Assembly: GCA_041665145.1 (NCBI GenBank)
Contig: JBAYJK010000001.1
Span: 229,629 to 293,628 of the forward strand
From: Patescibacteria group bacterium
GTDB taxonomy: Bacteria > Patescibacteriota > Microgenomatia > UBA1406
DNA length: 64,000 nucleotides
Direction of reading: 5' to 3'
Every line of letters begins with the position of its first letter. Positions within the stretch are counted from its first letter, which is position 1. Below the pieces are notes generated by a model, which was not told the origin of the DNA, ran no database searches, and saw only the letters and a list, made by a program, of their open reading frames with translations. The position numbers and the translations under genes are program-made. Below, piece by piece: positions 30,862 through 40,411 of the stretch.

Positions 30862-32175
30862 ATGAAAGAAACTATAATCTTATCGGTTGGCGGCTCAATG
30901 ATAGTACCAAATGAGGGTATAGACACCTCTTTTTTGAAGCACTTAAATACATTTATTCGGCGCAACATTTCTCCCAGCAGGAGGTTCTTTATAGTAGCCG
31001 GGGGCGGAAGCACTGCGCGGCGCTATATTGACGCGGGAAAAGACGTTATCAAAAAAATAACCAACGAGGATCTCGACTGGTTAGGAATTCATTCAACCCG
31101 ACTCAATGCCCATTTATTACGGACAATTTTCAGGGATATAGCTCACCCCAGAATAGTTGAGAATTATGACCATAAGCTTCTTAATGTTAAAGAGCCGGTG
31201 GTTATCGGCGGCGGATGGAAGCCGGGATGGTCAACGGATTATTGTGCTGTTATGTTTGCAAAAGATTATGGTGCCAACGCTGTTATTAATATGTCCAATA
31301 TCTATAACGTATACACAAAAGACCCCAATCAGTTTAAAGATGCGAAAATTATCGAGAAGACCACGTGGGATTTCTACGAAACACTTATCGGTGACAAGTG
31401 GGTTCCGGGCCTTTCTGCACCATTTGATCCTGTTGCTTCTCAACTTGCAAAAAGGAATAAATTAACGGTTATTGTTACTAAGGGTGATGACTTCGCAAAT
31501 CTCCAACGAGTTGTCGACGGTCAAACTTTTAAGGGAACTGTTATTAAGCCGTACGAGATCTCTTATTCGTACTACGATAGACCGTATTACCTGGGAGAAA
31601 AAGGTGAATATCGGTATTTGAACAAAGTAGGAATTGTCCGTCAGACTTTAAAAACTCTTGCTACATGGTATCGTGCGTTATACATCAAATGGCAATTCAA
31701 TCCAAAAACATTACTTGATGTTGGTTGCGGCACCGGGGAACTGGTCCGTATGCTTCGACAAATGGGAGTTGATGCAAAAGGACTAGAAATTTCCAAGGAA
31801 GCAATTGATCTGTCGGATAAGGCTGTCCGGCCATTCTTACAATATGGCGATGTAACAAAAAAGACTTCAATTACCGATGGGGCCTACGACATGGTAGTAA
31901 GTTTTGATGTGTTGAATCACATTGAACGACAGGATATGAAACATGTGGTTGCCGAATGTGCACGTATTGCTCGGAGAATGGTGTTGCATAAGATCTATAC
32001 TCGAGAAAACTCGCTCTACGAATTTTTTCACACACCTGACCCGTCGCATGTGTCGGTAATGACTCAGGGTTTCTGGGATAGAATTTTTGCGGTAATTCCT
32101 CATGTAACTGTTGCGCGAAAGTTCTTTCAACTACCGCAGTTTGTTGAGACAATCTACCTTCTCAAAAAGGAGTAA
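30862..32175 (+). CDS. UMP-kinase-like (archaeal-type amino-acid-kinase fold) domain fused to a class I SAM methyltransferase domain
   Basis: The N-terminal ~225 aa (ILSVGGSMIV, FFIVAGGGSTARRYI, VIGGGWKPGWSTD) resemble archaeal-type PyrH. The C-terminal ~200 aa carry LLDVGCGTGELV ... YDMVVSFDVLNHI. Confidence 0.65.
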   Translation: MKETIILSVGGSMIVPNEGIDTSFLKHLNTFIRRNISPSRRFFIVAGGGSTARRYIDAGKDVIKKITNEDLDWLGIHSTRLNAHLLRTIFRDIAHPRIVENYDHKLLNVKEPVVIGGGWKPGWSTDYCAVMFAKDYGANAVINMSNIYNVYTKDPNQFKDAKIIEKTTWDFYETLIGDKWVPGLSAPFDPVASQLAKRNKLTVIVTKGDDFANLQRVVDGQTFKGTVIKPYEISYSYYDRPYYLGEKGEYRYLNKVGIVRQTLKTLATWYRALYIKWQFNPKTLLDVGCGTGELVRMLRQMGVDAKGLEISKEAIDLSDKAVRPFLQYGDVTKKTSITDGAYDMVVSFDVLNHIERQDMKHVVAECARIARRMVLHKIYTRENSLYEFFHTPDPSHVSVMTQGFWDRIFAVIPHVTVARKFFQLPQFVETIYLLKKE

Positions 32176-32185
32176 AATAACCCGT

Positions 32186-33247
32186 ATGTATGTTGCGCAA
32201 TTATCCGTCAGTGGGTTCCGTAATATTTCTTCCAAAAAAGATTTTATCTTAAGCCCGACCCATACGATAATTATCGGGAAAAACGCAGTCGGGAAAACCA
32301 ACCTACTTGAGGCACTCTGCTTTGTCAATCGGGGGAAAGGTTTCCGCGAAACGACAAGCAGCGAACTGATCTCAGAAAACAAACAAAGCGCCCACGTAAA
32401 TGCTGTTTTGCAGGAGGAGGGGCATACTGAAAAAATCTCTGCTCAACTTAAACGCACCGGGAATAGTGCAGAAAAACATTTTCTTATAAATGATCTTCAA
32501 AAGCCATACAAAGAATACAGAGTGCGTACCAAGCCCGTTGTGTTATTTGCGCCTACGGACCTTGATATTCTTACGAGCGGGCCGGATTTGAGAAGGTCAT
32601 TTATTGACACTATTCTTCAAACTGCGGATTATGAGTTTGTCCAAGCAAAAAATAACTATGAGCGGGGTTTGTACAAGCGTAACAAGATGCTCCAGAACGC
32701 ACACTTTCCCTTATCAAAAGACGCGGTTGATGTGAGGACTTTTTGGGACAACTTTCTGATTAAACATGCGTCATATATGACGCATGCGCGACAGCAATTT
32801 GTCGACTTTCTTAACGAGCATAACACACTTGGAGAGCGTATATTTCGAATCGAATATAAACAAAATATTTTTTCACATGAACGTGTAGCACAAACATCAT
32901 ATGAAGAGGAGAGATATAGAAGAACAGTTGTCGGTCCGCAACTGGATGACTTTTTATTGTTCGAGCAGGATATGCATAAAAAGGAGAAAGATCTTGCCAA
33001 GTACGGTTCTCGAAGCGAGCAGCGTCTGGTTGTTTTGTGGTTAAAGATGAACGAGCTTTTATACTACGACACAACATTCTCGGTGAAGCCGCTATTTTTG
33101 GTTGATGATATTTTCTCAGAACTTGACAGTGAAAATAGCCGCAAAGTGCTTGCCATATCAAAAGATTATCAAACATGCATGACGACGGCTCATGAAGAGA
33201 TTTTGTCGTTGATAGATTTCCCGTTCCAAAAAATTGAATTGCAGTGA
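32186..33247 (+). CDS. recF: DNA replication and repair protein RecF
   Basis: ATG 32186 (MYVAQLSVSGFRNI). Walker A GKNAVGKTNLLEAL, signature-like GSRSEQR and Walker B LFLVDDIFSELD. Confidence 0.8.
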   Translation: MYVAQLSVSGFRNISSKKDFILSPTHTIIIGKNAVGKTNLLEALCFVNRGKGFRETTSSELISENKQSAHVNAVLQEEGHTEKISAQLKRTGNSAEKHFLINDLQKPYKEYRVRTKPVVLFAPTDLDILTSGPDLRRSFIDTILQTADYEFVQAKNNYERGLYKRNKMLQNAHFPLSKDAVDVRTFWDNFLIKHASYMTHARQQFVDFLNEHNTLGERIFRIEYKQNIFSHERVAQTSYEEERYRRTVVGPQLDDFLLFEQDMHKKEKDLAKYGSRSEQRLVVLWLKMNELLYYDTTFSVKPLFLVDDIFSELDSENSRKVLAISKDYQTCMTTAHEEILSLIDFPFQKIELQ

Positions 33248-33270
33248 GTTTTTTGTTATAACACCATTCT

Positions 33271-33966
33271 ATGATACAGTTTCAAAACGTGACGAAGAGA
33301 TTCGGAACATCGTACGCGCTTAACGGATTAACTTTTACCGTAAAAAAGGGGGAAATAGTTGGATTATTGGGGCCGAACGGTGCGGGAAAAACCACCACTA
33401 TGCGACTGATGGTTGGCTACCTGCAGCCGACTGACGGGTCAATCCTTATTGAAAACCTTTCTCCGACAACAGACAGACTGAAGTTGTCACAGAAGATAGG
33501 GTATTTGCCTGAAAATAACCCGCTCTGGCAAGATATGCTTGTCGGAGAGTATCTTTCAATGGTGGCAGCAATAAAAGAATCGGATAACCTGGAAAAAGAT
33601 GTTTTGGATGTTTCAAAAAGTTGTGATCTTACAAACGTTTTGTATCGTAAAATTGAGCAGCTTTCGCGTGGATACAAACAACGTGTAGGATTGGCTGCTG
33701 CACTTTTAGGAAAACCGGAAATACTCATTTTAGATGAACCAACTTCAGGACTTGACCCGATAGAACAGGACAAAATGAGGGTGCTGATTAAATCACTGCA
33801 AAAAAAGACAACAATTATTATTTCGACCCATATCATGTCAGAAGTAGAGAGTAGTTGTACGCGGGTTCTTATTGTGTATCAGGGACAACTGGTGTATGAC
33901 GGACCGGTCCCCAAGAAAAAAGGAGCGCTTGACGCGTTATTCAGAAAGAAAGTTACGATACTATGA
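33271..33966 (+). CDS. ABC transporter ATP-binding protein
   Basis: Walker A GPNGAGKTT, signature LSRGYKQR and Walker B ILILDEPTSGLD. Confidence 0.9.
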   Translation: MIQFQNVTKRFGTSYALNGLTFTVKKGEIVGLLGPNGAGKTTTMRLMVGYLQPTDGSILIENLSPTTDRLKLSQKIGYLPENNPLWQDMLVGEYLSMVAAIKESDNLEKDVLDVSKSCDLTNVLYRKIEQLSRGYKQRVGLAAALLGKPEILILDEPTSGLDPIEQDKMRVLIKSLQKKTTIIISTHIMSEVESSCTRVLIVYQGQLVYDGPVPKKKGALDALFRKKVTIL

Positions 33967-34673
33967 AAAAAATAAGCATTATTGCCCAAAAGGAGATAGC
34001 TTTTTATCTTAACAACCCGCTGGGGTATGTCATTGCAGGCTTGTTTCTTATAATCAGTACCTTTTTGTTTTTCAATGACTTTTTTATCACAGGGGTTGTC
34101 AGTCAAAAAGGCTTTTTTGCTGTGGTGCCATGGATAATGATTTTTTTTATTGTCGGACTGACCATGCGTACATTCAGCGAAGAAAAACGGCTTAACACGA
34201 TTGAACTGTGGTTGACGTTTCCCGTGTCGGAGTTTGAACTTGTTATGGGTAAATTTGTCGGCCTGGCAGTAATTGTGGGAGGGACATTGCTTTTAACCGT
34301 CGGAATTTCCATGAGCCTTTTTCTTTTCGGCAAACCGTTTATTCCCGAAATCGTGGTAAATTACATCGGTCTATATTTTTTTGCGCTCTTACTCATTGCT
34401 CTCGGCAATTTGTTATCACTATTGTCCAATAATCAAATAGTTGCTCTCCTGACAACTGTTACTGTTTTTATCGTGGCCACACTGATAGGAACAGATACGT
34501 TCACGCGGTATGTCCCGAATGTGATCGGGGATATATTCACGTATGTTTCTCCGTTATACCACTTGTCCATATTTTCAAGAGGCGTAATTGCTGCGCGTTC
34601 ATTGCTCTACTTTCTTTCGAATATCGGTTTATTCTTAGGATTAACAGTTGTAATACTGAGGTATAGAAAATAA
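33963..34673 (+). CDS. ABC-2-type transporter permease (GldF-like)
   Basis: 236 aa with six hydrophobic segments. ATGA overlap with the ATPase gene. Confidence 0.7.
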   Translation: MKKISIIAQKEIAFYLNNPLGYVIAGLFLIISTFLFFNDFFITGVVSQKGFFAVVPWIMIFFIVGLTMRTFSEEKRLNTIELWLTFPVSEFELVMGKFVGLAVIVGGTLLLTVGISMSLFLFGKPFIPEIVVNYIGLYFFALLLIALGNLLSLLSNNQIVALLTTVTVFIVATLIGTDTFTRYVPNVIGDIFTYVSPLYHLSIFSRGVIAARSLLYFLSNIGLFLGLTVVILRYRK

Positions 34674-36131
34674 ATGAAAAAGAATCTCGCAGTGCCTCTT
34701 TTTATAATCATAACGCTCAGTATTGTCGCGGTAACGGTTATGAACATCCTTTTTTCCATGATTACAGGAAAGCTGGATTTTTCACCCGGACAAGTATATT
34801 CTTTGTCCACCTCCAGCAGGAATGTACTGACGTCATTTAATAAGCCCGTAAAGATTACGATATACGAGTCTGCAACGCTTCCTCCGCGGCTTGCTCCCAT
34901 TAAGACGGACCTTTTTGATCTTCTTGACGAGTATAAGCGGTATGGCAAAGTTCAAGTTGTAACGGTTAACCCTGACAAAGACAAGACTCTTGAAGAACAG
35001 GTGGTAAAAGCAGGGGTAACTAAAATCCAGTTTTCGGAAGTTGAAAACGACCAGTTTTCCGTAAAAACGGGGTTCTTTGGAGCGGTGATGTCGTATGATA
35101 AAAAAACAGAAGTTATCCCGGCGTTGCTTACTCCGTCGAATTTGGAATATGAGTTCACAAGCGCCATATACCGATTAACCAGAGCTAACAAACCGCGCAT
35201 AGGCATTATTGCAAAAAGCAAATTTCAATTGTTGACGGGATTAAACTCTGTTTTAAAAAAGCAGTTTGATTTTCAGCTGATGGACTTTTCGAATATGGAC
35301 AGGTATCTTATGGATGCGTTGGTGTATAAAGATGACCGTCTGACCGGTTTGTCGGACGAGGAGTTGAAGAAGCTGGACAGTTTTATTACATCCGGTCATC
35401 TGGTTGTTATTTTTGCAGACGGAGTGTGGGTAGATGAACAGCTACAAACGCAGAACGCAGGCTCGAATATCAATAATTTGTTGAAGAAATACGGTTTGAC
35501 CATAAATACCGATTTGGTCTTGTCCCCATACTCTGAAACTGCCACATTCCGAATCGGTGGTGTAAACTTCATAACCAGATATCCGTTTTGGCTAAAACTG
35601 ACAAAGCAGGATGTCACTTCCGAACTTTCATTTGTCACCAGCACGCTGTCACCGTTGATGCCGTGGACTTCAACGGTCAGTATAACCAAAAAGTCCAATG
35701 TAACAGCGAAGACGCTTGTGTATGCTCCGACTCCCAGTGTTCTCCAAAAAGATACGTTCCAATTGATTCCAAATCAAATCGACGCCACATACCCGCAAAA
35801 TCAAAAAAATATGTTCAGTATTATTACCCAAGCCAGGAAAGGCAAGGGGACTGTTATTGTTGTTCCAAACAGCAGATTCATCGAAGACACGTTTATTGCC
35901 GGAACACCTGATGAGTCACCTAATATACAATTTGTAAGCAAGTTATTTGACACATACCTATCCAAAGGATCGCTCGCCGGAATTAACTCTCGGAATATTC
36001 AATACACGCAACTTCTTGACGTTCCCGATAATGTAAAACAAGTTGTCCGGTGGGTGAATATAGGTGTACCCTCAACGCTGCTTGTTTTATATGGAATCTG
36101 GAGGTATCTGCGAAGAAGGAAGAATTCCTAG
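34674..36131 (+). CDS. GldG-like ABC-transport auxiliary protein
   Basis: N- and C-terminal TM anchors. VKITIYES..LPPRLAPIKTDLFDLLDEY resembles the GldG/ABC_transp_aux family. Third gene of the ABC operon. Confidence 0.6.
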   Translation: MKKNLAVPLFIIITLSIVAVTVMNILFSMITGKLDFSPGQVYSLSTSSRNVLTSFNKPVKITIYESATLPPRLAPIKTDLFDLLDEYKRYGKVQVVTVNPDKDKTLEEQVVKAGVTKIQFSEVENDQFSVKTGFFGAVMSYDKKTEVIPALLTPSNLEYEFTSAIYRLTRANKPRIGIIAKSKFQLLTGLNSVLKKQFDFQLMDFSNMDRYLMDALVYKDDRLTGLSDEELKKLDSFITSGHLVVIFADGVWVDEQLQTQNAGSNINNLLKKYGLTINTDLVLSPYSETATFRIGGVNFITRYPFWLKLTKQDVTSELSFVTSTLSPLMPWTSTVSITKKSNVTAKTLVYAPTPSVLQKDTFQLIPNQIDATYPQNQKNMFSIITQARKGKGTVIVVPNSRFIEDTFIAGTPDESPNIQFVSKLFDTYLSKGSLAGINSRNIQYTQLLDVPDNVKQVVRWVNIGVPSTLLVLYGIWRYLRRRKNS

Positions 36132-36135
36132 TTCT

Positions 36136-36250
36136 CAGTTCTTAGTTTCCAGTTCTTAAAGAGTTCTCAAGTAATAGTTCTTAAATCGAGTTTGTTTTGT
36201 ACTTAAGAACTAAAAACTCTTTAAGAACTAAGAAATGAAAACTAGGAACT
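36136..36250. repeat. Nested inverted repeats built from the word AGTTCTTA(A/G), between convergent genes (likely bidirectional terminator)
   Basis: A perfect 15-bp inverted repeat AGTTCTTAAAGAGTT (36151-36165) pairs with AACTCTTTAAGAACT (36215-36229). It encloses a 9-bp repeat AGTTCTTAA (36176-36184) / TTAAGAACT (36203-36211). Further copies of the word flank both sides. Confidence 0.55.
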
Positions 36251-36252
36251 TT

Positions 36253-37347
36253 TTATAATAACCCTTTGAGTTTCTTCGCACGGGTGGGGTGCTTAAGTTT
36301 GCGGATAGCTTTAGCCTCTATCTGTCGAATTCTTTCACGGGTAACATTGAATTGTTTTCCTACTTCTTCGAGTGTTCGTGGTTTACCGTCCTCTAATCCG
36401 TAACGCAGGACAAGCACTTTTCTTTCGCGGGGAGTTAATGTATCAAGAACTTCGAATAAGTATTCTTTGATAAATTTGTTGGTTACATTGTCATAAATGC
36501 TGCTTTGGTTCGGGTCTTTGATAAACTCTTCAAGCGTTGCATCTTCCTCATCATTAATTGCTGTGGAGAGGGAAGTGGTCTTTTGCGAAATGCGGAACAG
36601 ATTCTTTACATCCTCTTCTGGCATTTCAAGTTCCTTTGTCAGTTCCTCAATTGAAGGTGTGCGGTTATACTTCTGCATCAGTTTTCTCTGAATTTTATAG
36701 AGCTTGTTAATGTTTTCAACCATGTGAACGGGAATACGGATGGTTCGGGACTGGTCTGCGATCGCACGGGTGATAGCCTGACGTATCCACCAGGTGGCAT
36801 ATGTCGAGAATTTGTACCCACGGCGCCAATCATACTTTTCGACTGCCTTCATGAGTCCTTGATTACCTTCCTGAATGAGGTCTAAAAACGATAACCCGCG
36901 TCCAATATGTTTTTTGGCAACAGAAACGACCAAACGCAGGTTTGAAACAATAAGTTTTTCGCGTGCATCCTCACTGTTTTTTTCGTATTGCTTGGCAAGT
37001 TGAATTTCTTCCTCGAATTTTAAAAGAGGATGCAGTCCGATCTCTTTTAAGTATATCTTTATCGGATCAAGCGACTCACCCTTACTGAGTTTGATCATGT
37101 TTTCCAGCTCGCGTTCAAGTTCTTCAGCACTCTTGGAAGCATCTTTCTCTTCGCGGGTGGAAACGTTCTCGAAAACGTCAATCTTGCGTTCCAGAAGAAC
37201 CTCGAACAGCTTATCAAGCTCATTTACGCTCTTTTCAGGCTCTGGGTAAAATTGGAGCAAGTCATCCAAAACGACAAACCCCGCGTCTTTTCCATCTTCT
37301 ATAAAATTAGAAACAGCCTTAGGGAACGCGTTCAGGGGTTTAACCAT
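36253..37347 (-). CDS. rpoD: RNA polymerase sigma-70 factor RpoD
   Basis: Region 2 ([37 protein letters not shown]), region 3 and region 4 ([27 protein letters not shown]). Confidence 0.93.
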   Translation of the reverse strand: MVKPLNAFPKAVSNFIEDGKDAGFVVLDDLLQFYPEPEKSVNELDKLFEVLLERKIDVFENVSTREEKDASKSAEELERELENMIKLSKGESLDPIKIYLKEIGLHPLLKFEEEIQLAKQYEKNSEDAREKLIVSNLRLVVSVAKKHIGRGLSFLDLIQEGNQGLMKAVEKYDWRRGYKFSTYATWWIRQAITRAIADQSRTIRIPVHMVENINKLYKIQRKLMQKYNRTPSIEELTKELEMPEEDVKNLFRISQKTTSLSTAINDEEDATLEEFIKDPNQSSIYDNVTNKFIKEYLFEVLDTLTPRERKVLVLRYGLEDGKPRTLEEVGKQFNVTRERIRQIEAKAIRKLKHPTRAKKLKGLL

Positions 37348-37356
37348 GGGTATATT

Positions 37357-39111
37357 CTATACTATCGAGAGTGCTTTTTCCACCTCTTTTAAGGTTTTCA
37401 TTGCCATGGCGGCCTTATTTTCGTCGTTAACAAGACCTTCTTTGATTTGCTTTTTGAGCGATTTCCGCTTGATTCCGAGTACCGTCGTCGAAATTTCTTT
37501 CTTCCAGTTCACCTCACCGGCCGGGAGTTCAACGAGCATTGCCTTATTGTAGAGATCTACAAGGGGCGCAGGCACCTGTGCATCTAAAGCCTCCTTAAAT
37601 CTGTCTTTATGTGTGCCAAATGCTTTGCGGATCTCTTGAATAAGCAGAAATGCTGCCGCACTATGAAAATCATCTGCAATCAGATGAGTTGAAACTGTGT
37701 TTAAAATCTCCTGCGTTTCATTGGTCTGCAACAGCATTGCCAGCAGATAATCTTCCACCATATCTTCTTGCTTTTTTACTACAGTTTTTTGTGCAGTCGG
37801 CGTGAATGAGCGTTTTTTAAACAAGTTTCTCCGGTATGTATCTATGGTTTTCTTAATGGCATCAGGAGTCGTATTTGTTTTCTCAGAAAGCATTTTTACA
37901 TAGTGCTCGATTAGTATGGGGTTAAATATGTTATACAGATAGGGAACCATTTCCTCAATTGCTTCCTTCTTACCATAGACACTCGTAATGTCATGTTTTC
38001 GGAGTGCGTTTCCGATAAGAAACTCATAAATAGGCACGCGGTGCTTATAAAAGGCTTTGAATTGACCCGGATCCGTGGCAAACACGTCTGCAGGATCTTT
38101 CCCTCCTTCAATTTGAATCGCTTCCATTTCAAAATCAAAATGCTCGGCTTCTTCAATGCCCCGTTTAACCGCCTCATTTCCCGCAGGATCCATATCAAGA
38201 CTGAAAACTATTCTGTTTGTTAATCGTTTGATTAATCGTAAATGCTCTTGGGTTAGGGCTGACCCTTTAATTGCAACGGCGTTTGGATAGCTATATTGAT
38301 GCGCAAGCATGACATCAAACTCACCCTCCATAAGAATAATCTCATTATTTTTTCTGATTGCTTGGTGAGCCTTGTCGATTGCAAAAAGGTTTTCCCGTTT
38401 ATGATAAATGGTTGTTTCAGGAGTATTAATGTATTTGGCATCTGTATCTTTTGGAACCAGTATCCGTCCGGAAAAGCCCAAAATGTTGCCACGAATGTCT
38501 CGCAAGGGGAACATGAGTCTGCCGCGAAAGCGGTCATAATAACGGCCATCTTGTGTTTTAATAATGAGTCCTGCAGCATTTATTTCTTCGTGAGAATATC
38601 CTTTTTTGAGTAAGAATTTAAGGAGTGAGTCCCATGATTGGGGAGAGTAACCCAATTTAAACAAGCGTATTGTCGATGTGCTCACCGAGCGCTTGGCGAT
38701 ATATTCACGTGCTTTTTCACCAACTGCGTGTTTTTCAAAAATGAAGTGAAAGAAATCGGACGCAAGTTCATTGATCGCAAAAAGTCGCCGCTTCTGATCA
38801 TAGACCTTATCTCCGGCAGTATCGAGCTTTATGGTAACACCGACCTCTTTTGCGAGAATTTCAACTGCCTCTGGAAAACTGACATTGTCCCACTTCATCA
38901 AAAACTTAAACACATCGCCACCTTCGCCACACGTTCCAAAACAATGCCAAATCTGTCTATCAGGAGATACGACAAACGATGGTGTTTTTTCCGAGTGAAA
39001 GGGGCAGAGGGCTTTAAAGTTCTGCCCTGTTCTCTTAAGAGTGATATACCGACCTAAAAAATCGATGATATCAACTCGTTTTTTGATCTCCTCGAGTACT
39101 TCTATATTCAT
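37357..39111 (-). CDS. dnaG: DNA primase
   Basis: Zinc-binding CPFHSEKTPSF..CFGCGEGG and a TOPRIM region (ILMEGEFDV, SLDMDPAG). dnaG-rpoD operon order. Confidence 0.9.
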   Translation of the reverse strand: MNIEVLEEIKKRVDIIDFLGRYITLKRTGQNFKALCPFHSEKTPSFVVSPDRQIWHCFGTCGEGGDVFKFLMKWDNVSFPEAVEILAKEVGVTIKLDTAGDKVYDQKRRLFAINELASDFFHFIFEKHAVGEKAREYIAKRSVSTSTIRLFKLGYSPQSWDSLLKFLLKKGYSHEEINAAGLIIKTQDGRYYDRFRGRLMFPLRDIRGNILGFSGRILVPKDTDAKYINTPETTIYHKRENLFAIDKAHQAIRKNNEIILMEGEFDVMLAHQYSYPNAVAIKGSALTQEHLRLIKRLTNRIVFSLDMDPAGNEAVKRGIEEAEHFDFEMEAIQIEGGKDPADVFATDPGQFKAFYKHRVPIYEFLIGNALRKHDITSVYGKKEAIEEMVPYLYNIFNPILIEHYVKMLSEKTNTTPDAIKKTIDTYRRNLFKKRSFTPTAQKTVVKKQEDMVEDYLLAMLLQTNETQEILNTVSTHLIADDFHSAAAFLLIQEIRKAFGTHKDRFKEALDAQVPAPLVDLYNKAMLVELPAGEVNWKKEISTTVLGIKRKSLKKQIKEGLVNDENKAAMAMKTLKEVEKALSIV

Positions 39112-39120
39112 AATTCTCGT

Positions 39121-39837
39121 TCATTTTATAATACGGGCCACAGGACACTTAGTACGTATTATACACGCTTCGCACTGGGGATTTTGTGCTCTACACACAT
39201 CGCGTCCAAGCATGATAAGCGCGTGGGGCAGTATCTTCCAATATTTCTGTGGAACGTTGGCCATCAATTCCTGTTCGATTTTTTCGGGAGAAGCGTTTCT
39301 GACATAGTCAAGATTATCCGGTACGTTCACAAAGCGCAGGCGCTGACTAATCCTTTTCACATGCGTGTCTACCGTAACACCTTCAATTTTATTGAATGCT
39401 TCCGACATAATTACATTGGCGGTTTTCCTGGCAACGCCGGGAAGACTTATCAATTTCTCCATGGTAGCGGGAACTTTCCCTGCAAATTTCTCGAGAATTA
39501 TTTGTGCGGATTGTTGGATATGCAGCGCCTTCATGTGATAGAACCCCGTCGACCGAATCATCTTCTCCAGATCTCTAAGCGGCATTTCAGCCGCCATTTT
39601 AATCTCCTCACCTTCCTTTAGACTTCCTGCCTCGCCGGCGGGCGGGTCTACTTTAGCCTTTTTACTTAAGTGGTTAAACAAGTTTGGCGTTACCATGTTG
39701 ACTCGTTTATCGGTGCATTGGGCAGACAACATTACGGCAACGAGGAGTTCCCACGTGTTTGTGTAGTGGAGAGCTATTGTGGTGTCGTAGTATCGGGTGA
39801 GCTCTTCGATAATAGAGACGATTCTTTGTGCGGTCAT
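39121..39837 (-). CDS. nth: Endonuclease III
   Basis: HhH-GPD motif LPGVARKTANVI, catalytic region VDTHV and a C-terminal 4Fe-4S cluster C-x6-C-x2-C-x5-C (CRAQNPQCEACIIRTKC). Confidence 0.85.
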   Translation of the reverse strand: MTAQRIVSIIEELTRYYDTTIALHYTNTWELLVAVMLSAQCTDKRVNMVTPNLFNHLSKKAKVDPPAGEAGSLKEGEEIKMAAEMPLRDLEKMIRSTGFYHMKALHIQQSAQIILEKFAGKVPATMEKLISLPGVARKTANVIMSEAFNKIEGVTVDTHVKRISQRLRFVNVPDNLDYVRNASPEKIEQELMANVPQKYWKILPHALIMLGRDVCRAQNPQCEACIIRTKCPVARIIK

Positions 39838-39852
39838 GCTCCCTAGTTTATA

Positions 39853-40407
39853 CTAGTTACCGTAGACTTTCTGCAGAAGATCAAAAATATCGAAAATGTC
39901 TTTTTCCAAACTCGCGTCTTTTACACCGTATGAAGCAGTAAGTATCTGAACATCTGTCTGGTTGATCTTGATTCTTTGCAGTACATATACTGTCTTGTCC
40001 CCATTAATATATTCGGCAGTCAACTGGGTATATCCTTTTTCGGGTTCATTTTTCTCGCCGGTAATCACAAAAGACGGGATGGCGGAAAAAATTCCTTTTT
40101 CGAGTTTTTGAAGATATGCTTCCGGATCAGCGACTCTCACTGCGGTTTTTGTAAAAACAACTGACGGTTGAATACCTTTACTAACACGTCGCGCTACTTT
40201 GACAGTGTTTTGCGCGCTGTCAGCACTTACGAATGTCCAGTCGTTCGGTAATTGAACAATTGGCGTTGGAGTCACGGTGTTTTTTGATATAAGAGAATGC
40301 TCATTGAGTCGGAAGACAAAAAGAGTTGCAACACCAAATACCAATAAGCCAACGATGATTGCAATAATCTTCTTTGGGAATCCGTTTTTCTTATTTTTCG
40401 TCACCAT
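39853..40407 (-). CDS. Hypothetical membrane-anchored protein
   Basis: ATG 40407 gives MVTKNKKNGFPKKIIAIIVGLLVFGVATLFVF (one TM). No known domain. Directly downstream of the sortase-domain gene. Confidence 0.4.
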   Translation of the reverse strand: MVTKNKKNGFPKKIIAIIVGLLVFGVATLFVFRLNEHSLISKNTVTPTPIVQLPNDWTFVSADSAQNTVKVARRVSKGIQPSVVFTKTAVRVADPEAYLQKLEKGIFSAIPSFVITGEKNEPEKGYTQLTAEYINGDKTVYVLQRIKINQTDVQILTASYGVKDASLEKDIFDIFDLLQKVYGN

Positions 40408-40411
40408 GTTT

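Noticed and set aside
30729-31013. 94-aa minus-strand ORF spanning the recJ/pyrH-like spacer
   Set aside because: It overlaps the well-supported start of the plus-strand kinase-like gene and runs through the plus-strand terminator hairpin. It has no motif.
36132-36252. Possible CRISPR array or CRISPR-like repeats (also considered for 60262-60489)
   Set aside because: The repeats are 9-15 bp words in inverted arrangement with no regular repeat-spacer periodicity. The 60.3-kb repeats are in-frame codon repeats. No cas genes are present.
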